64,000 bases of DNA from a virus, in the IMG/VR virus record IMGVR_UViG_3300045988_159706; one strand, 5' to 3'. Position numbers and translations under genes: made by a program. The notes beneath the pieces were generated by a model, which was given only the letters and a program-made list of their open reading frames with translations, ran no database searches and was not told the DNA's origin. Shown here piece after piece: positions 56,998 through 64,000 of this stretch (its first letter is position 1; each line of letters opens with the position of its first letter).

Positions 56998-58206
56998 TTA
57001 CTCTATACTTTTAATTAAACCACTTCTATCATCAGTATTTTTCAATAATTCATAACAGATAAGTTTACCAGCCTCTATAGCAACATCATCAGACGAATCT
57101 TCTTGATATTGTTTATATAGACTCTCTAATTTATCGGTAAACTCTTTACGAAAGATAACTTCTTCCTTTTCAATTTCTGCTTGCTGAATTACTCCTCCTT
57201 CTCCCTGAGCAACAACTGGAATACCTTTGCTGGTAATTTGTCCTTCTAATTCAGGATTTACTTTTTCTAGATTGTGTTTCCTAGCATGTAAAGCTCCTTC
57301 TGGTATTAGATTCATTTTTCCTCCAAGTTGAAACTTCTGAGGATCTTCTGTAGGTTTAACTTTTCAGGAATTAATAAGACTTCTAGCCGTATCTAATTCT
57401 GGAAATTTCATTCCTTTTTTAGATAATAGTAATTGTGGAGTGTATCCAGCATATTTATTTTGATTTTGTGATAAATAAGTATCACCAGCACTATTAGATT
57501 TTCTAAGTTTACTTTCTAAACTAATATCAGTTATTAGATTATTAACTCTATTTTGCTCTCTAATAAACTTATTAGCTTTACCAGTTCCTAACATTCTCTT
57601 ACCACTTAATGCTTGAGCGGCATTAATATCTGCAACTGATCCTCCATAGGCATTTGTCATTTGATCAATTTCTGCAGATTTATAAGACTTCGCAGTTCTA
57701 CCTCCAAACATACCCACAAGCATGGATACACCAGGAAGACTATTAATAAAACCTTGAGTGGCAGCTTTACCACCAATACCTGCTCTTTTTGCAGCGTCTG
57801 CATCAATATTATCTAAATTTAATCCTGTTGCAGAACCGATTGCATCTACTACTCCTGAAGCAGCTCCAATAATAGCTCCAATAGGGCCCACAGAGCTGAT
57901 TGCACTGCGGATGCCCTCTCTTGTTGAAGCTTGTTCTTGAGTTAGTCCTGAAGTAGATAATCCTCCAAGCATGGAACTTGCTGCCCCTAAACCTGCTTGT
58001 AATCCTCCAGACATTCCCATTTTATTACCAGTAGATGCAACATTAGCTGCACTCTTGGCACTTTTTTGAACTGCTTTAGTAGATTCTTTAGATGGTCCAG
58101 AAGCCGCTAGTTTCATTTTATCTAAAGGGCTTTTTAAAGTTCCAGAAGGGTTAAATCCTGTAGGTATACTTGAGCCTGATGACGCTTTTACTATTTTATT
58201 ATGCAT
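56998..58206 (-). CDS. virion-module protein (about 402 aa) with a glycine-zipper region
   Basis: Track ORFs 57364-58206 and 56998-57315 share a frame, joined by TGA 57364 (LINS-W-KVKPTEDPQKFQLGGKM). TAA at 56998-57000. Confidence 0.7.
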
Positions 58207-61200
58207 AACTTAACCGTAATAATAATTGAATAGCATTAATTACTACTAGTTTCTCACCAGTATATTTAATTCTAATTTTAATCCATTTGTCTCTGATTCT
58301 TGTACTTTTTAATTCAGTAGAATTGTCAGTACCTACAATTCTATCTTTATAATATATAGGAGTAATTGTAGTAAACCATCGATCTTCTTTGTATTCAATA
58401 TTACCAAGTCTTCTGCCATAAGTTTTTATATTTTTAATTGGCTGTTTAACTTTTAGTATATACTGATTCAGAACATGGTCTTTCTCAATTTCTACCTGTT
58501 GCTTATCAAAAATTTGAGAGTATTTACCGTCCTTTGCAGTTGCCTTTTCTAAATCTAATTTCTTCTTAGCATACCCTACACTATCGAAATTTCCATCAAT
58601 ATCCCAAAATTTATCTGAATTAGCATGCTCTGATTTATAAAGACCTGCTTTATTAAAATCATACACATCTCCGATAATTTCAAATTCCAAAGTTTCTGGT
58701 TCTACATTATTAGAAATCATAACAAGATTATCAAAGATCTTATGAACTCCAGCTGGAGTATTTACAACAAATTCAAACTCAAAAGGCTCTTGTTTATTGT
58801 ACCATTTAGTTGGAAGGATTTCATTATCAGGATTTCCATCAAAGTAATTAATCTCATTAAAGATGCCTGCTCTGCCATGAACATAAAAACCATTTCTTAA
58901 AAGCTTTTCATAAGCTTCTTGAGATTCCTTAGGAAGTTCAGTAATATCTCGTATTAGTACTATAGATTCCTCTATTGTATTACTTAGAGCTTTAACTTTA
59001 TTTTCCCCATCCTGTTCTGAAATATTTTCCTCATTTACATAAGGATTATCAGTATTTTCTAGTTCTGTATTAATAAATGGAGTAACCTCAAAATTAATTT
59101 TTAAATATAATAATTTATCAACTTCTTCAAAACTATTTACTATAAGCTTAAGATTTTTTCCATCCTGAGTTATTCCTATTTTCTTCTGACTGAAATCCTG
59201 GTCATAATCTCCAACTAAATACTGTGAGAAACTTAAATCCTGAGCATTACTAATTTTGCATTTAATGTCATATTTAGGGTCTTCTGGTTTATCTGTGAAT
59301 CTAACTGTATGTTCCACATCGTTTTCATCTAAAACAGATGAAGTAATAGATGTAATTCTAACATTAAATTTATCAAAGAATTCATAACCTTTCATTACAA
59401 TAGTTCTTGTAATGTCACCATACTCCCAAAGATTTCCACAAGTTCTATTAAAGCCCGCTCTATCTTCAATATGAGGGCCAGATTCAGTATTTATGTTATC
59501 ATAAATAATACCATAAATAGAAGCCCTTTTTCTATCTAAAGATAAGAAGATATTATTAATATTCTCAGAAGCAAGAGGAGTTCAACTATACTTAGTTATC
59601 CATTTTTCAAGTCTCTCATTGTAGCATAAATTCCAAACTTTATCCCCATTATAGAAAGTAAACATAACATCACCTTTATAATTGTTAAAGTGTGTTTTTA
59701 CATTCTTTAAAGAGATAATAGGATACTTATCGCTTTCTTGTAAAATAATATTGTCATGTAAGAATCTTTGAACAGACATATCAGAAATTATCTGAAATCC
59801 ATTTGCATTATATCTCCAAATCTTTTTAGCATAGGTATCTACACCATAAATTCCATTTGGAGTACGTATAATAGATTCTTGCCAAATACTTCCATAGTCT
59901 GGAGATATAGGAGTTACTTGATTTTGCAGTACTCCAGATCCATACATATGAATAGCTTGACCTGTACTTGTTGCAATTAATGCTTTTTCATTAATAGGAA
60001 TAATAGCACAACCATGTTCAAATACACAGAAAAGATTTGCACCTAATGAAAGTAATTTAACAATTGCTCCATATTGACGTTCAATATCCTTATATGATAA
60101 TCCTTGGAATATTCTATATGCATTTCTAAAGTCATCTTCAATCTGTACATTACTAAACATAACTCTAGTATCAAAGATGTCTTTTACATAAGGAACATTT
60201 GGCTGAGTAAAGTATTTCTTAAATGGTAATGAAGTTGAGTATCCTGCATTTAGCAATTGTGATTCAGGAATCTTATTTACTGGAGCAACAGTCATTCCTT
60301 GTAAAGGATAAAAGCTTCTTGCATTTCCCATCAAAGCCATTTCCTCTACATTTTGTCTATTTTCTGAACGCAATCCAAGATTATAATTAGAAAGACATTT
60401 ATATGTAAACCACTGCCCCATAGGAACAGTATTAATATCAGCTCTATTGATATCCTTCCAATCTTCAGTAGATGTTTGACTATATCCCTTATAGCCATCT
60501 TTCCATGTATTTGGATTAACAATCATATCATTAGTAGGAACCTCAGAATCAATAAAGTTAGTGTTGATTCTGATTGTTACTGTAGCTGTGAAACAATCCC
60601 CTCTGAATACTGTTGGAACTACTTGGGCAAATAGTTTGTCAGTAATGTTATACGAAGTTACAGTTTTTATATCATCAACTATTTCTTCTTTAGTAGAATA
60701 ATCATCATCAATATGTTCTTCACAGTATTCTGTAATTTTAGATTTTTCTACCCATTTATTTTCTTCAAGTTGATAAGTTGTTATATACTTTTCTACTCAA
60801 TGTATTTCTACTACTTCTTTAGTTTCAGAATCTAATACTGTTTTTGGTTTTAGCTCTTTATCACTAATCTCATATCTTGGACTAATTGCCATAAATGGGG
60901 ATAAATCGTTTCCTCTAATCTTGAAATACTGCGTTTCATATGCTTGAGAGTAATTATTTACTCGTATTGTGTAAATAGTATTATCCTTTAAATCCTGATT
61001 AGTTCCTACAAAAGGACAGTAAACCCCTCTAACAATGTTATTATTGTTTTTCTCATAGTTTTTGCTTGAGAAGAATCTAAAATCCTTTGCGTCCTCTGAG
61101 GAACCCGCTCGTGTAGAAAAACCATAATCATCTACATATTTTAGAGGAATATCAGTTGGAATATAAATTAATTTACTTTGGGTATTAAGTATAGTTTTAT

Positions 61201-63010
61201 TCCAGTTAGATTCTCCTTCAGGAACCCCTATTTGATAAGTTCTTTCAAATGAAGATGTATGGGCTAATTCAAAATCAAATTCTTTAGTAAGTAAGAATTC
61301 TGAGTTATCTAACATTGACTGAATTTGAGGATTAACCATAGCATCAACACAAAGTAACCCTGAAGATTGTTTAGAACCTGTTTTAATTATTCTATCTTTA
61401 TAAGAAGTGGAAAGTACTCTTTTACTATTAATAAAAGACTCTGTAAAATACATTCCATCTTGATATTTTTCATCATTTAGTTTCTGATCAAATAACATTG
61501 GAATATATGATACTTTATCAACTCCTATAGAATACCCTTGAGCAATAACATTAGGAATTCTCTTTTGTCTAACAAAGAAAAATCCTTTTACTTTATATTT
61601 AGATAATTCTGTAATTAAATCAGAATTTAATGTGAACTTAAGACCAATAGGTTCTGTAGCTTCTTTACCCTTTTCATGATTCTGAATATTAATTCTTGGA
61701 AATTTAAATACTCCTTTAGTATTAGCTAAAAAACTACTTCCTGCTAAGAAAAAATCTTCTTTACTAATAACATTAACTTCTCCCGTTTCCCTATCTTTAT
61801 ATAACTCTGTAAAGCTATTGTTAGCATTTTCAGAAGTTCCATATTTAAAATTAGTTAAGTGATTCCTATCAGTGTCAAATGGAATGTCGTAGTCTTCAAT
61901 AGTAAATTTGCAGCCCCTTAAATTATAAACAGGGGAAATGGAATCATCTAAAAAAATATAAACAATTCCGATTCTATATAATTCCTCTGGCCAATATCCT
62001 AAAGAATAGTATATAGAAACTGGATTATAGTATTCAATTTTTCCTACATTATCTAAATTAGTCTTTCTGGTATAAGAATCAGGTCTAACATACCCAATAT
62101 CTTTACCTTTGGTGCATTCAGCTTCTATGAAGTAGGAGATATTTTGCAAATCATCATTAGCTACTACTGTCTGTTGAACATTTCCAAAGAAGAGCATATT
62201 TTGTACTTGAGCTTGAGTTTTTACTCCAGTACAAATATTATATTTTATATTTAACTCTTCTTCATTTATTGCTAATGTTTCTTCAAACCCATCTAAGGTT
62301 AGCAGTAGAGAAGAGCCCACAATTTTGTAAGGCTCTTTTACTTGAAAAGTCTCAGTTTTTAATATTCCATTTAAATCAGAATATTCTCGTCTTACATAAA
62401 CAAATACTTTAGCAAATGAGGTATCAATATTATTAATCTGCAGATTAATAGCTTTATCTGTCCTTTCATCCTCTAATGTTCCAGATATAGAATATATTTT
62501 TTCTAAAGTCCCTTTAAATACACTAATTATTCCTGATTCAGCAACGACATCTGTTTTATTATAATCATTATCAGCTAACTTTAAATAAATAGTATAATTT
62601 CCTCCTTTTAATTGCCCATGATGCGCAATATTTAAAAGTTCTATTTTAGGAATTTTGTTTATATTTCTAAATAATCTGGTCTGAGCATCCATCAAACCTT
62701 CTTTGTATAAGTTTGTTTGCTCAGTTTGGTTTCTAAGTATTCGTCTATACTTATTATCCTCAATCACAGAATATGTTGTGTTTATAATTCTGGGGGGATT
62801 CAAATCATCGTTAATAATTAAATTAACGGTACCATCATAAGAGGGCTGGCACTCTATATCCACTGGTTTATTTAAATCAAACTGAAGTTCATCAGTTTCG
62901 AAGTCTTCTATAACTCCTCCTTTAGTTAATTTATTATGTAGTGGATTATATTCATGTGCCAGATCCCCTTCTGATTTATATTTTTTAACGGTTAGTTTTA
63001 TTTTCCCCAT
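58199..63010 (-). CDS. large virion/tail-associated protein (about 1603 aa)
   Basis: ATG 63010. Track ORFs 60797-63010, 59582-60526 and 58199-59395 share one frame. Both gaps were translated and are open apart from TGA. TAA at 58199-58201. Confidence 0.75.
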
Positions 63011-64000
63011 TATTTGTTATATTTAATTCACGTTTTTTAAATTCTGGCGAAGGTACTAATATACTACTAACATTATTTCATATAATGGCATTTCCCCAAT
63101 CAATTCCTCTAACAAATCCACTTCTAGTTTCATTATTTTTTCTGCTAAACCAAACTGCTTCTGGAAAATTAGCATAATAGAAATTTCCTCTATCATTATT
63201 GTATTCAAACCTTAATGAGTTTCCTATAAATTTTACAAAATCAATATTTACTGTTGTGGATTCTAAATCACAATAAACTTTATTTTCTGAATAGTTTCGA
63301 GTTGCTAATCAATTATTTATCTCTTTTTGTAATAAAGCATTTAATTGTGAAATAAATGATGTAAAAGTTGTAGAGTACATTGGTGCATTAACTGCATCTA
63401 TATATTGATAATTATTTGTTTTTGAAGAAATAGTAACATGTGCAAAAGTTCCATTACTCAAGTTTGTAGTACTATAAAACTTAGGATTTATATTTATACT
63501 AGAAAATAATTGATCTAAATTAAGATTAGAAAGATCCTTTTTAATATTTATCCCTTTATAAAAAATAGAATTCAAAGTATCTGTTCTTTTATAATTTACG
63601 GTAAACAAATTTTCAGAATATACCCTTATGTTTGAATCTGTGTGTTTTAGAAAATTCTTATAATCTATATGTAAATCATAAACACCGTATAATTGTATTC
63701 CTAATCCAAATAATAATGCACCAACACATTGATGCATATATTGATTTCCTGTATACTCATCATTAACTTTAAAAATATCTGCTGCGGATATTTTATTTGA
63801 AGCTACTAACCATTTAGATTCCTTATTAACTTTATTGTTTACTCCAAATCTATCGTTTATTCCAGTAAATGCTCCTTTAAAAGAAGTTAACTCAACTGGC
63901 ATAAAATTTATTACAGCTACAGTTTTAGAACCTCCTACAGAAGCTTTACAAATAATTCCAATTCCACTACAAAAATTTCCTTTTCCAGAAGTACAATCTG
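62985..64000 (-). CDS. virion-module protein, partial (5' end probably outside window)
   Basis: The frame of track ORF 63309-63902 is open upstream to the window edge. It continues downstream through two TGA codons for about 105 more codons to TAA 62985-62987. Confidence 0.6.

Noticed and set aside
26111-59980. Plus-strand track ORFs inside the minus-strand block (26111-26425, 27482-27664, 29195-29491, 33778-33984, 34449-34802, 42452-42640, 46010-46243, 46247-46462, 46682-46990, 51208-51405, 55566-55748, 57758-57940, 59768-59980)
   Set aside because: All are antisense to long continuous minus-strand reading frames. They show skewed low-complexity composition and no start context.
1-64000. 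TGA codons as genuine stops, giving many short adjacent genes
   Set aside because: Successive fragments stay in the same frame far more often than the one-in-three chance expectation. The gaps contain no TAA or TAG, and conserved motifs (ligase, Pol A, NrdJ, helicase, GIY-YIG, PD-(D/E)XK) continue across the TGA.
1-64000. TGA as selenocysteine or isolated programmed read-through
   Set aside because: There are dozens of TGA codons in all kinds of genes, at positions typical of Trp rather than redox Cys/Sec. No SECIS-like context was noted.

Overview
This 64-kb window is a dense, AT-rich segment of a tailed-phage genome. Its layout matches crAss-like (Crassvirales-type) phages, which is an inference from gene order, not a database hit.

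Layout: a plus-strand replication, nucleotide-metabolism and RNA-repair module (1-25.9 kb) converges at a bidirectional terminator (25878-25925) on a minus-strand block of very large virion-associated genes (25.9-64 kb).

Main signal: the standard-code ORF track is artificially fragmented. Almost every broken ORF ends in TGA and resumes in the same frame. Reading TGA as a sense codon (best fit Trp, code-4-like; TAA and TAG still stop) restores full-length NrdJ, a Dda-like helicase, DNA ligase, Pol A, a VWA/metallopeptidase protein, a MoxR-like ATPase, dNMP kinase and three GIY-YIG nucleases. On the minus strand it fuses dozens of fragments into proteins of about 2490, 2552, 1606, 1603 and 1485 aa. 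I translated every inter-fragment gap by hand for these.

Other notable content:
- Two related group I introns, in thyX and in the MoxR-like ATPase gene. The second carries a GIY-YIG homing endonuclease with its own promoter inside the P1 loop.
- An RNA ligase plus Pnkp repair pair that lacks TGA codons.
- An FTR-like Fe-S protein next to NrdJ, and a thioredoxin.
- A metallophosphoesterase whose frame is broken by 7 nt containing TAG.
- A recurring K-x-Q-x-G-G motif in the virion proteins.
- Three matches to the Bacteroidota TTTG-N20-TAnnTTTG promoter consensus.

I saw no rRNA, tRNA, CRISPR array or integrase. All product calls come from motif recognition by eye; no database search or folding program was run.
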